A DNA stretch of 50,196 nucleotides from Parcubacteria group bacterium (GCA_943358385.1 CALRGX010000008.1:1-50196), one strand, 5' to 3'; shown: positions 6,581 through 15,427, counted from the stretch's first letter. The notes: generated by a model from the sequence alone, not told the origin. Numbers and translations are program-made.

Positions 6581-8691
6581 GTGCCATCCATCATGAGGGC
6601 GCTACAGATCTTGCAGATGTTGCCGGTAGGGCGGGCCTTAATGGCTAGTTTGCAGTCTGGGTAGTTCGAGCAAGAAAAGAAAGGGCCGAATCGTCCACGC
6701 CGTTCTACCATCTCTCCATTCTCTCGTTTGGCAGCAATACAATCTGGGCATTTGACGCCGGTGGAGTTGAGGAGTGCATCTTTCTTTATATATTTACACT
6801 TAGGGTAGCGCGAACAGGCGATAAATTTTCCAAAACGTCCTTCGCGCTCGGTCAGCTGGCCCCCATGCTTTTCAAAACACTCGGGACACGTTTCCCCGAT
6901 TTCTCGCGGCGGCTCGATGATCGAACCGTCTTCTTTGCGTGCGCCATGGCATTCGGGGAATTTTTTGCAGCTCATAAACTTTCCGTTGCGCGAAAGTTTA
7001 AATTCCATGGGGCCAGCACACAGTGGGCAGGGAAATTCTGCCGGGACATCACCAAGAGAGGTAATTTTCGCGATTTTCTTCTTGCTCTTCACTGCCTTCG
7101 TGAAGGGACCATAGAAATCTTTGAGTGTCTTCACGTACTCACGCTTGCCGTCAGCTATTTCATCCAGCTCATCTTCCATTTCCGCAGTAAAGGAATCACT
7201 GATGTAGTCTTTGAAATGTTCTTCAATAAAGCTCGATACCACGTCGCCGGTATCGGTGGGGATGAGGGTGCGGCCTTCCTTCACTACGTAGCCACGAGTT
7301 ACCAGTGTATTGATGATGCTGGCGTAGGTGGAAGGGCGCCCAATACCGCGCTTCTCCAGCTCCTTCACCAGGCCCGCCTCACTATATCTGCCTGGCGGCT
7401 GCGTTTGCTTGTGCTCGCTCTCGATACTCATCAGTGAAAGCTTTTCTCCCGCTGTCACTTTCGGCAATTCCACGTCTTCGCCGCGTGCTTCGGGATCTGC
7501 CAGAAGCCATCCTTCAAACACCACGCGTGATCCGTTGGCAGTAAATGCAGGAATGCCCGCTCCTTCAGCAACAGCAGTAATAGTGGTGCGCATTACCCGT
7601 GCGTCGGCCATTTGGCTCGCGAGTGCGCGGGCGCGAATGAGGCGATAGAGTTTCTTCTGTTCTTCGTTGCTGCCGGCAGAAAGTTTGCGTGGGTCGGTGG
7701 GGCGAATGGCTTCGTGTGCTTCTTGTGCTGATTTACTTTTGGTCTTGTATTCCTTTGCTTCTGCAAAGGTTGGACCGAACTCTTTTGTCACCTGGGAAAC
7801 CAAGGCTCCTTGTGCTTCCTTGGCTAGATTGGTTGAGTCGGTACGCATGTATGAAATGTGTCCTGCTTCGTACAGTTTTTGCGCGACCTGCATCGTGCGT
7901 GACGGTGAAAAACCAAATCGCGTGGAGGCGGTCTGCTGCAGTGTAGAGGTAGTAAACGGCGCACGTGTGGCGCGCTTCTGTTCCTTTTCTTCTACCGACG
8001 CAACGCCCCATGCACCTTTGCGCCCTGCGGCAAGGATGCGCTCTGCTTCTGCTTCACTACGTGGCTCTTCGACGCAGCTAGCTACAAAGAGTGCGTTTGC
8101 CTTTGTTTTAAACTGAGCGGCAAGCGTCCAGAAGTCTTCGGGGATGAATGCGCGAATTTCGCGCTCACGCTCCATGATGATGCGCAGAGCAGGGGATTGC
8201 ACACGGCCAGCAGAAAGCCCGTAGCGTACTTTTTGCCAGATAAGGCCGGAGAGGTCATATCCAAAAAGGCGATCCAGCACGCGGCGTGCTTCTTGTGCTT
8301 CACGCAGCTGTGTGTCTACTGGTCGCGGGTGCTTCAATGCCTCGTTTACTGCTGATTCAGTGATTTCATGGAAGACAATGCGTTGCGGCTTTTTAAGTTT
8401 AAGCGCCTGCGCCAAATGCCACGCTATCGCCTCGCCTTCACGGTCGGGGTCGGTTGCCAAAAGGACAGTATCTGCTTTCTTTGCGAGGGCACTGAGCTCG
8501 CTGATGATTTTTTCCTTGCCTTTTACGACGACATAATTCGGTACGAAACCTTTTTCAATATCAATAGCATTCTTACTGCTTTTTGGGATATCGCGAATAT
8601 GCCCCACGGATGCGCGGACGGTGTACCCCTTGCCGAGGTATTTTTCGATGGTTTTCGCTTTTGAGGGCGACTCTACAATTACGAGATGCAT
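6511..8691 (-). CDS. topA: DNA topoisomerase I (type IA) with C-terminal zinc ribbons
   Basis: LVIVESPSKAKT, ATDPDREGEAI, SAGRVQS, ISYMRTDS (catalytic Tyr), QEAHEAIRPT, GIGRPSTY, zf-C4 repeats. Confidence 0.98.
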   Translation of the reverse strand: MHLVIVESPSKAKTIEKYLGKGYTVRASVGHIRDIPKSSKNAIDIEKGFVPNYVVVKGKEKIISELSALAKKADTVLLATDPDREGEAIAWHLAQALKLKKPQRIVFHEITESAVNEALKHPRPVDTQLREAQEARRVLDRLFGYDLSGLIWQKVRYGLSAGRVQSPALRIIMEREREIRAFIPEDFWTLAAQFKTKANALFVASCVEEPRSEAEAERILAAGRKGAWGVASVEEKEQKRATRAPFTTSTLQQTASTRFGFSPSRTMQVAQKLYEAGHISYMRTDSTNLAKEAQGALVSQVTKEFGPTFAEAKEYKTKSKSAQEAHEAIRPTDPRKLSAGSNEEQKKLYRLIRARALASQMADARVMRTTITAVAEGAGIPAFTANGSRVVFEGWLLADPEARGEDVELPKVTAGEKLSLMSIESEHKQTQPPGRYSEAGLVKELEKRGIGRPSTYASIINTLVTRGYVVKEGRTLIPTDTGDVVSSFIEEHFKDYISDSFTAEMEDELDEIADGKREYVKTLKDFYGPFTKAVKSKKKIAKITSLGDVPAEFPCPLCAGPMEFKLSRNGKFMSCKKFPECHGARKEDGSIIEPPREIGETCPECFEKHGGQLTEREGRFGKFIACSRYPKCKYIKKDALLNSTGVKCPDCIAAKRENGEMVERRGRFGPFFSCSNYPDCKLAIKARPTGNICKICSALMMDGTKTIPERCSNKTCPNHNPHKTEK

Positions 8692-8752
8692 ACAATAGAT
8701 TGAAGGGTACACGCAAGGTGCGCGGGCGTACAGTACACGCTATCCCCATAAC

Positions 8753-8780
8753 TTGCAAGTTTACACAAATATGCTATAAT
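8753..8780 (+). promoter_or_regulatory. Sigma70-type promoter
   Basis: TTGCAA-16 bp-TATAAT with extended TG, upstream of AAGGAG SD and GTG 8816. Confidence 0.55.
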
Positions 8781-8815
8781 GCAATTTGACTGAGCACTCG
8801 TAAAGGAGCATCACC

Positions 8816-8977
8816 GTGAGCGCAGTTCATCACCTTGCCGACCTCGCCTCCAATAACGAGAACTTGCCTCTCCTCATCGTCGTAACGTTGCTTTTCCCCT
8901 TCGCGATGCTCTTTGTGGGCAGCGCGGTGCAGAGCATGATTCGTGCGATGCCTCGGCGCCTGTTGCGTCGTGAGTGA
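8816..8977 (+). CDS. Small single-TM protein (53 aa, below track cutoff)
   Basis: MSAVHHLADLASNNENLPLLIVVTLLFPFAMLFVGSAVQSMIRAMPRRLLRRE. Own promoter, SD and 13-bp hairpin at 8987-9015. Confidence 0.6.
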   Translation: MSAVHHLADLASNNENLPLLIVVTLLFPFAMLFVGSAVQSMIRAMPRRLLRRE

Positions 8978-9018
8978 GCAGCAGCATGGCCGCCAGCACC
9001 TTGTGCTGGCGGCCACTA

Positions 9019-9876
9019 CTACGCGCGGCGCAGCATCCCATTCCTCTCCACAATCAATCCGCTCAGTTCCATTTGCGCAATCAAGACCTGCACGTGATGC
9101 GCGGGTCTTTTCATGTGAGCCAACAATGCGTCGCGCGTCATAGGTTCGTGTAATAAGTGCATCACTTCGGCCTCGTCGCTGGTGAGCGTGAGTGGCAGAG
9201 TGGTCTGTGTCGCAGTTAGATCAATACCAAGGGCATCAAGGATTTCCTCGGGCGATGATACTAATGTAGCACCGAGGCGTATGAATTGGTGGGTGCCTTT
9301 CGTACCTTCGTTGAATATTGAGCCGGGAAGCGCTAAAAGGTCTCGATTATATTCAGCAGTGAGTCGTGCAGTGATTAGGGTGCCCGATTTTTCTCCTGCT
9401 TCAACCAGCAGCACTGCATGCGAGAGGCCCACCATGATGCGGTTTCGTTCGGGGAACATCCACGGTGCTGCATGTGCATCGGGGGCATACTCTGAAAGGA
9501 GCGCTCCGCCACGTTCAACAATCTCGCGCGCGAGCGTGTAATTGCTCCGTGGATACAACACCTTCCAATCCAGACCGGATCCAGGCACGCCCACACAGGG
9601 GAGTCCCGCATCGAGCGCAGCCCGGTGAGCGATAGCATCGATGCCGAGCGCTAGCCCAGAGACAATCGCCACATCGTATCCCCGCAAACCCGAAATCAGA
9701 TACTCGCATGCTTCTTTTCCATACGAAGAATACTTACGTGAGCCGACGACTGAGAGCCACGGCATGTCGGGCGCTGGGAGTGTGCCGCGGCACCACAGTT
9801 TTTTTGGGGGTTGGGGAATCTCAAAGAGACGCGCGGGCACATCCCCTTGGCCAAGTTGTACGAGCTCGTGCTCCAC
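9019..9876 (-). CDS. dprA: DNA-protecting protein DprA
   Basis: VVGSRKYSSYG, IVSGLALGIDAIAH, FPERNRIM, EAGEKSGTLITA, ALPGSIF. Lies upstream of topA as usual. Confidence 0.96.
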   Translation of the reverse strand: MEHELVQLGQGDVPARLFEIPQPPKKLWCRGTLPAPDMPWLSVVGSRKYSSYGKEACEYLISGLRGYDVAIVSGLALGIDAIAHRAALDAGLPCVGVPGSGLDWKVLYPRSNYTLAREIVERGGALLSEYAPDAHAAPWMFPERNRIMVGLSHAVLLVEAGEKSGTLITARLTAEYNRDLLALPGSIFNEGTKGTHQFIRLGATLVSSPEEILDALGIDLTATQTTLPLTLTSDEAEVMHLLHEPMTRDALLAHMKRPAHHVQVLIAQMELSGLIVERNGMLRRA

Positions 9877-9893
9877 GGTATTATCCTAACACT

Positions 9894-11159
9894 ATGTTAG
9901 ACATCAAATTCATCCGCGAGAACAAGGAGCTGGTAGTACTGGGGGCAAAGAAAAAGCACATGGAAGTGGACGTCGAGCGACTGCTTACGGTGGACGACCG
10001 TCGCCGAGAGCTGCAGCTATCCATGGATGAGAAGCGGGCAAAGCAAAATGCAGCGAGTACGAAAATTCCTTCAGCCGCTCCAACCGAGAAACAGCTGCTT
10101 CTTGAAGAGATGGGTCTGATTAAAGAAACGCTCAAACAGGAGGAGGAAGAGCTTAAAACCGTTATGGAAGAGTGGCGTGCGCTCATGGTGCGCGTGCCCA
10201 ACATCCCCGACATGACCGTTCCTGATGGAGATTCCGACGAAGACAATCAAGAGTACAAAGTGTGGGGCGAAAAGACGAAATTTAATTTCACTCCGAAGAG
10301 TCACGTCGATTTGATGCTCGAACACGACATGGCCGATTTTGATCGAGGTGCAAAGGTTTCTGGCTTCCGCGGATACTTTCTCAAGAATGATGGTGCGCGA
10401 TTGGCGTGGGCAGTATGGCGCTATGCACAGGATTTTTTCATGAACAAGGATTTTACTCCCATGATTGTGCCGTCGTTAGTGCGCCGTGAAGCATTTTTCG
10501 GCACGGGGTATTTGCCACAAGGCGAAGAGGATTTATACAAAACCCAAGATGGAGAATACTTGGCCGGTACTGCCGAAGTCGCCACCATGGGCTACTACAT
10601 GGACGAAACACTTCCTGCGGCAGAATTGCCCAAGCGCTGGATTTCATTCTCACCATGCTTCCGCCGCGAAGCAGGGGCGCACAGTAAAGACGTGAAAGGA
10701 CTCATCCGCGTGCACGAGTTCTATAAGTGGGAACAAGTGATTTTGTGCGAAGCCTCTCACGAAGAAAGCGTGAAGTGGCATGAATGGTTGAACCGCAATA
10801 CCGAAGAGTTTATTGAATCACTCAACATTCCGTATCACACCGTGGTGAACTGCGGTGGCGATCTGGGCCAAGGCCAGGTAAAAAAATACGATATTGAATT
10901 GTGGGTGCCCGCAGAGCAAAAATACCGCGAAATTGCTTCCACCTCGTACTTCCACGATTTCCAGACGCGTCGTTTGAATATTCGTTACAAGGATGCGGAA
11001 GGAATCACCCGATTTACGCACTCCTTGAACTCAACCGCAATTCCCACGCCGCGCATCTTGGTGTCGCTTATTGAAAACTTCCAACGCGCTGATGGTTCTA
11101 TCGAGATACCAGCAGTACTTCGCCCTTATGTTGGAAAAGAAAGCATCACGAAAGCCTAG
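9894..11159 (+). CDS. serS: Serine--tRNA ligase
   Basis: MLDIKFIREN start, coiled-coil arm, GTAEV, CFRREAG, RVHEF, REIAS, HSLNSTA motifs. Confidence 0.97.
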   Translation: MLDIKFIRENKELVVLGAKKKHMEVDVERLLTVDDRRRELQLSMDEKRAKQNAASTKIPSAAPTEKQLLLEEMGLIKETLKQEEEELKTVMEEWRALMVRVPNIPDMTVPDGDSDEDNQEYKVWGEKTKFNFTPKSHVDLMLEHDMADFDRGAKVSGFRGYFLKNDGARLAWAVWRYAQDFFMNKDFTPMIVPSLVRREAFFGTGYLPQGEEDLYKTQDGEYLAGTAEVATMGYYMDETLPAAELPKRWISFSPCFRREAGAHSKDVKGLIRVHEFYKWEQVILCEASHEESVKWHEWLNRNTEEFIESLNIPYHTVVNCGGDLGQGQVKKYDIELWVPAEQKYREIASTSYFHDFQTRRLNIRYKDAEGITRFTHSLNSTAIPTPRILVSLIENFQRADGSIEIPAVLRPYVGKESITKA

Positions 11160-11175
11160 TGGCGACTGGCTCACC

Positions 11176-12030
11176 GTGCATAAAAGGCACCAGCCTCAAG
11201 AAAAACAACGCGAGCGCCTGGCAAAAAGGCGTCAGAGGGGCCGCCTCATTATTCTGGGAGGCACGTTGGTGATCTCGCTGCTGGTAGCGGTACTCTTGAT
11301 TGCGGCAACGCACGCACGTTCGCTTCAAATTGCACGCGTCGAGATTTCTGGAAATGCTGCCATTTCGACTGAGTTGCTGCAGAAACATACAGACGCATAT
11401 TTGGCTCTCCTTTCTCGCGGCATTTTTGCAAAAGCAAATGCGAGCTTGTTTCCGACACCCGCGTTTGAAGCGAGTGTGGTGGGATCATTCCCACGAATAG
11501 AAAAAGCACAGGTGGAAATAATCGGTTTCATCGAGCCAGTGCTCTCCCTCTCTGTACAAGAACGCACAGCCTACGCCCGCTGGTGCCGTGAAGGGGGATG
11601 TTTTCTTATGGATGGGGGTGGATTTATATTTGCGCATGATGCGGGAGAATCGCGCGCACTCGCCACAGATTTCTATGGATTGCTTACTAATGATGTCGTC
11701 ATTGGGCGCGTATACGCGCATGAAAGTTTCGAGAAACTTAAACTCCTTACGGCAGCACTTGCGCAGCGAGGTTTTGGCGCGGTGCGTGCCGAGCTAGTGG
11801 GCGAGACCGTGCATTTTACACTTGCGCGCGGTTTCATCGTGCGCGTGCCACTCATGAACGACCCTGAAACAGTCGCCTCTACGCTTGACGTCTCGCTCGC
11901 ATCTGACGCATTGCGAGGAAAAAGTGGAAAGCTCGAATATGTTGACATGAGATTTGGTAATCGCGTTTATTACAAATTCCAGGGCGACCCGATTCCTTCT
12001 GTCGAACAGGCAGTGGGGGATGCTGAGTAA
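11176..12030 (+). CDS. FtsQ/DivIB-like cell division protein
   Basis: Basic N-terminus, single TM, POTRA-like VEISGN, C-terminal EYVDMRFGNRVYYK. Start uncertain; GTG 11176 chosen. Confidence 0.7.
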   Translation: MHKRHQPQEKQRERLAKRRQRGRLIILGGTLVISLLVAVLLIAATHARSLQIARVEISGNAAISTELLQKHTDAYLALLSRGIFAKANASLFPTPAFEASVVGSFPRIEKAQVEIIGFIEPVLSLSVQERTAYARWCREGGCFLMDGGGFIFAHDAGESRALATDFYGLLTNDVVIGRVYAHESFEKLKLLTAALAQRGFGAVRAELVGETVHFTLARGFIVRVPLMNDPETVASTLDVSLASDALRGKSGKLEYVDMRFGNRVYYKFQGDPIPSVEQAVGDAE

Positions 12031-12036
12031 TGGCGG

Positions 12037-12061
12037 AGGCGGCAACCGTAGGTTGCCGCCT
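12037..12061. terminator. Hairpin between convergent genes
   Basis: AGGCGGCAACC-gta-GGTTGCCGCCT. Confidence 0.6.
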
Positions 12062-12086
12062 GGTGCGTGCCGTGTGCCAGCGCTTT

Positions 12087-12368
12087 CTAGGCCATCATGC
12101 AGCGACTTACAGCAGCGGTAGTGTCGGGCAAGTGCGTGCAGACAAATTCGAGCTGTTGCGCATCCGCCAATGCTTCGGCGATTGCGTTCAAGTCTCGTTC
12201 GGTGAGCACACTGTACTGATTGTCTAGAAGAACCAGAGCTTCGAGAGCGGATGCTGTGGCAGGGGTAAGCGGTCGCTCGGTGAGCGACGCATACACCAAG
12301 TCGCGAAACTTGTTGCGCCATGTCTGCTCGCCTTCGAGTAGTGTGAGTATAGCTTTGCGAATGTTCAT
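12087..12368 (-). CDS. Hypothetical protein (93 aa)
   Basis: ATG 12368 behind GGGAG SD. Helical composition. Hairpin downstream. Confidence 0.55.
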   Translation of the reverse strand: MNIRKAILTLLEGEQTWRNKFRDLVYASLTERPLTPATASALEALVLLDNQYSVLTERDLNAIAEALADAQQLEFVCTHLPDTTAAVSRCMMA

Positions 12369-12476
12369 GCCAGACTCCCTTTTTCCTGCGACGCACCAGT
12401 ACGTCTGCATACACTGAACACTACTGTATGCATTGTCGCAACTGCCATCTGTGCAGAGCTGTGGTAGGGTGGCAGC

Positions 12477-13439
12477 ATGCATTTTTGGCAGACACTAAAG
12501 AAACCACTGATGGTCATGGCACCATTAGAAGATGTAACCGACGCCGCGTTCCGGCGTATGTTTGCTGCCTATGGAAAGCCCGATGTGACGTGGACAGAAT
12601 TCACTTCGGCAGACGGACTCCTTCTGGCGCAAGGAGTGGGCAAAGAAAAACTCCTCAAGAAGCTGGAGTTTTCCGAAGGAGAGCGCCCGATTGTGGCGCA
12701 GCTCTTCACTTCCGATGGTGCGCGCATGGAACAGGCGGCAGCTCTAGTACAAGAGTTGGGCTTTGATGGATTGGATATCAACATGGGCTGTCCTGATAAG
12801 AAAGTAGAGAAGCAGGGATGTGGATCTGCGCTGATTAAAACGCCTGAAAAAGCAAGAGAGCTCATTCGTGCCGCCAAACGCGGCGCGCCACAGTTGCCCA
12901 TATCAGTAAAGACACGCGCAGGGTATCGCAGTGATGATGAGCTGGTGCCGTGGCTCACAGCACTTCTGGAAGAGGACATTGCTGCGCTCACCTTGCACGC
13001 GCGCACGCGAAAGGATTTGTCACTCGTTCCTGCTAGGTGGGAGCTGGTGGCGCGTGCCGTGGAGTTGCGCAACGCGCTCGAGAAAGAAACCATCATTTTG
13101 GGGAATGGTGATGTGACGGATTTGAAAGACGCCGAGAGTAAGGTCGCAGAGACGGGGTGCGATGGGGTGATGTTTGGGCGTGCGCTCTTTGGAAACCCAT
13201 GGCTCTTTACCGGGCACCACGCTACAGAACTCGAGCGCATCGAGGCACTCATACGCCACCTGCAGCATTTCGACGAACTTCTTTCCAGCCACACGCACTA
13301 TGCAGTCATGAAGAAACACTTCAAGGCATACATTTCAGGATGGGATCATGCAAAAGACGTGCGCATTGCGCTCATGGAAACAAACGACGTGCAGTCTGCG
13401 ACACACATTTTGACCGAAGCAAAAAAAGCTTTCGTATAG
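12477..13439 (+). CDS. dus: tRNA-dihydrouridine synthase (Dus family)
   Basis: MAPLEDVTDAAFR, TEF, DINMGCP, SVKTRAG, LHARTR, GNGDV, DGVMFGR, GNPWLF. Confidence 0.94.
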   Translation: MHFWQTLKKPLMVMAPLEDVTDAAFRRMFAAYGKPDVTWTEFTSADGLLLAQGVGKEKLLKKLEFSEGERPIVAQLFTSDGARMEQAAALVQELGFDGLDINMGCPDKKVEKQGCGSALIKTPEKARELIRAAKRGAPQLPISVKTRAGYRSDDELVPWLTALLEEDIAALTLHARTRKDLSLVPARWELVARAVELRNALEKETIILGNGDVTDLKDAESKVAETGCDGVMFGRALFGNPWLFTGHHATELERIEALIRHLQHFDELLSSHTHYAVMKKHFKAYISGWDHAKDVRIALMETNDVQSATHILTEAKKAFV

Positions 13440-13510
13440 CTTATACACAGTGTTACTTTTTTGGGCGAGGTATATAGTCGATGTAGTTGCGATAGGGAAG
13501 AAGGAGAACC

Positions 13511-13744
13511 ATGATGTCACGCCAGCAGCTTAACCTCGGCGACGGACGAATCATGAATATCATTCTTGCAGCGAGGGCGATCGCCAGTCGATCCGAAGTA
13601 GTAACAGCGTCAGGAATTGCGCGGGAACTAAAGTTCCGCTCCGCCGTTCCAGTGCTGCTTTCGGTCATCGAGCATGATGCCTGGGATGCTGCCCACTTGG
13701 ACAAGCATTTCAAGTGCACGTTCGAAAAGCGTGTAGCGCATTGA
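13511..13744 (+). CDS. Hypothetical protein (77 aa)
   Basis: AAGGAG SD. Hairpin 13753-13780 after the stop. Confidence 0.6.
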   Translation: MMSRQQLNLGDGRIMNIILAARAIASRSEVVTASGIARELKFRSAVPVLLSVIEHDAWDAAHLDKHFKCTFEKRVAH

Positions 13745-13752
13745 TGCATTTT

Positions 13753-13780
13753 CGAAAGGGGCGCTCCGGCGCCCCTTTTG
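13753..13780 (+). terminator. Intrinsic-terminator-like hairpin
   Basis: CGAAAGGGGCGC-tccg-GCGCCCCTTTTG. Confidence 0.65.
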
Positions 13781-13790
13781 TGCGTCCCAT

Positions 13791-13946
13791 ATCAACTTTG
13801 CCGTCAGTCGCCCCTCTCTGGAAGCCCGCAAATATTATTGCTCGTTTTTGGATGTGAAGTAGGGGAGGGTACACCCGCACACCTTCTCCCTCCGCGTGCA
13901 GATGGTGGTTCGTGTTCCACAGTCCTGGCTCACGGTAATTGTTGGT
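13791..13946 (+). ncRNA. Candidate rod-shaped structured RNA upstream of dnaX (identity unknown, 6S-like shape)
   Basis: Nested pairings ATCAAC/GTTGGT, TGCCGT/ACGGTA, AGTC/GGCT, TGGAA/TTCCA, TATTAT-TGC/GCAGATGGTG and apical GGAGGG/CCCTCC. G-U pairs favour the + strand. Confidence 0.45.
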
Positions 13947-13981
13947 TTTAGATGTGAAGGTGTGCGGGTATACTTACTCGC

Positions 13982-15055
13982 ATGGCCAAAAAGACTGAAG
14001 AGGAAAAGCGGCACAGTGCGCTGTATCGGGAGTATCGCCCACACACATTTAAAGACGTGCGCGGCCAAGATCAGGTGGTGTCGGTTTTGGAAGCCGCAAT
14101 AAAAAAGGGCACTATTGCGCACGCATATGTATTTTCCGGTACGCGGGGCACAGGGAAAACATCCATCGCGCGTATCCTCGCACATGAATTGGGTACCGCC
14201 GATCACGATATCTACGAAATCGATGCGGCAAGCAATCGTGGCATCGATGACATTCGCGAACTGCGCGATGGAGTTGCTATGATGCCGTTTACTTCGCGCT
14301 ACAAGGTGTACATCATCGACGAGGCGCACATGCTCACCAAGGAAGCGTGGAACGCCCTTCTGAAGACCCTGGAGGAGCCGCCAGCGCATGTGTTGTTTAT
14401 CTTCGCCACCACCGAATTTCATAAAGTACCCGACACCATCAAGTCGCGCTGTGATGTATACACCTTTTCACAACCTTCGCGCGCGCTGCTTTCGGATGTC
14501 GTCACTGACGTAGCCAAGAAGGAAGGCTACACACTGGAGCGCTCCGCGGCCGACTTGGTTGCAACGCTCGCCGAGGGTTCCTTCCGAGACGCACTGGGCA
14601 TCTTGCAAAAAGTACTCACCATCTCACACGACAAAAAAGTAGATATCACCGAAGTTGAAAAGGTCACTGGAGCACCTACGGGCAGCATGTTGCGAGCTCT
14701 CACGGCTGCGCTGCATGCGGGCGATGCACAGGCAGCACTTGTAGCAGTGCATCAGGCAATCCAGGGGAATATGGATGCACGTATGCTCCTTAAACTCATA
14801 CTTGAGCGTGTACGTGCAGTGATGCTTTCACGAAATGCGCCGGATGTTGCCGCGCTTATCGCGCATGAATTTACCGAGGCTGATTTCGCAGAGTTGGCGG
14901 CTATGGGCAAGGATGCATCATCGAAAATAAACTCAAACCTTTTGCGGGCGCTGCTTTCCGCACACGAACAGATGGCATACGCGGCACTACCTCACCTGCC
15001 GATAGAGTTGGCAATTCTCGATTCGTTTGCACGCAGCGAGCTTCCTGCCAAATAA
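13982..15055 (+). CDS. dnaX: DNA polymerase III subunit gamma/tau (short form)
   Basis: LYREYRP, GTRGTGKTS, EIDAASNRGIDDIR, IIDEAHML, NALLKTLEEPP, TIKSRC, GSFRDAL. Confidence 0.97.
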   Translation: MAKKTEEEKRHSALYREYRPHTFKDVRGQDQVVSVLEAAIKKGTIAHAYVFSGTRGTGKTSIARILAHELGTADHDIYEIDAASNRGIDDIRELRDGVAMMPFTSRYKVYIIDEAHMLTKEAWNALLKTLEEPPAHVLFIFATTEFHKVPDTIKSRCDVYTFSQPSRALLSDVVTDVAKKEGYTLERSAADLVATLAEGSFRDALGILQKVLTISHDKKVDITEVEKVTGAPTGSMLRALTAALHAGDAQAALVAVHQAIQGNMDARMLLKLILERVRAVMLSRNAPDVAALIAHEFTEADFAELAAMGKDASSKINSNLLRALLSAHEQMAYAALPHLPIELAILDSFARSELPAK

Positions 15056-15369
15056 TGTGTGGTGTTATGCAGAAAAGAAAAGCTGCCATCAGATACTTTG
15101 AACCCGAGGTGATGCATCGCCTTGAGGACCTGCCCAATATTGGGAAAGAAATTGCAGAGGATTTGCGGGCGATTGGTATCAAAACGCCCCAAAGCTTGAA
15201 AGGGAAAGATCCACTCACGCTATACAAAAAAATCTGTGCATACCAAGGACAGCGTATCGACCCGTGTCTATTGGACGTCATGATGGCTGTGGTGGCATTC
15301 GTAGGCGGAGCTCCATCGAAGCCCTGGTGGTTTTTCACACCAGAAAGAAAGAAGTTGTACAAGGTGTAG
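15055..15369 (+). CDS. Cdd1/mitomycin-resistance-like HhH protein
   Basis: LEDLPNIGKEIAEDL..IGI..P..L.GKDP..LY..IC...G...DPCLLDV...PWW pattern. True start may be downstream. Confidence 0.75.
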   Translation: MCGVMQKRKAAIRYFEPEVMHRLEDLPNIGKEIAEDLRAIGIKTPQSLKGKDPLTLYKKICAYQGQRIDPCLLDVMMAVVAFVGGAPSKPWWFFTPERKKLYKV

Positions 15370-15427
15370 CGTTGCCGCGAGCAGTGTAGACTGTATTTCC
15401 AGATAGCTCTCTTGAAAGGGGTTCGAC

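Noticed and set aside
9708-9893. serS N-terminal extension
   Set aside because: Overlaps divergent dprA. The canonical MLDIKFIREN start is at 9894.
13791-13946. SRP RNA (ffs) upstream of dnaX
   Set aside because: No domain IV CAGG-GNRA-AGCAG motif on either strand.
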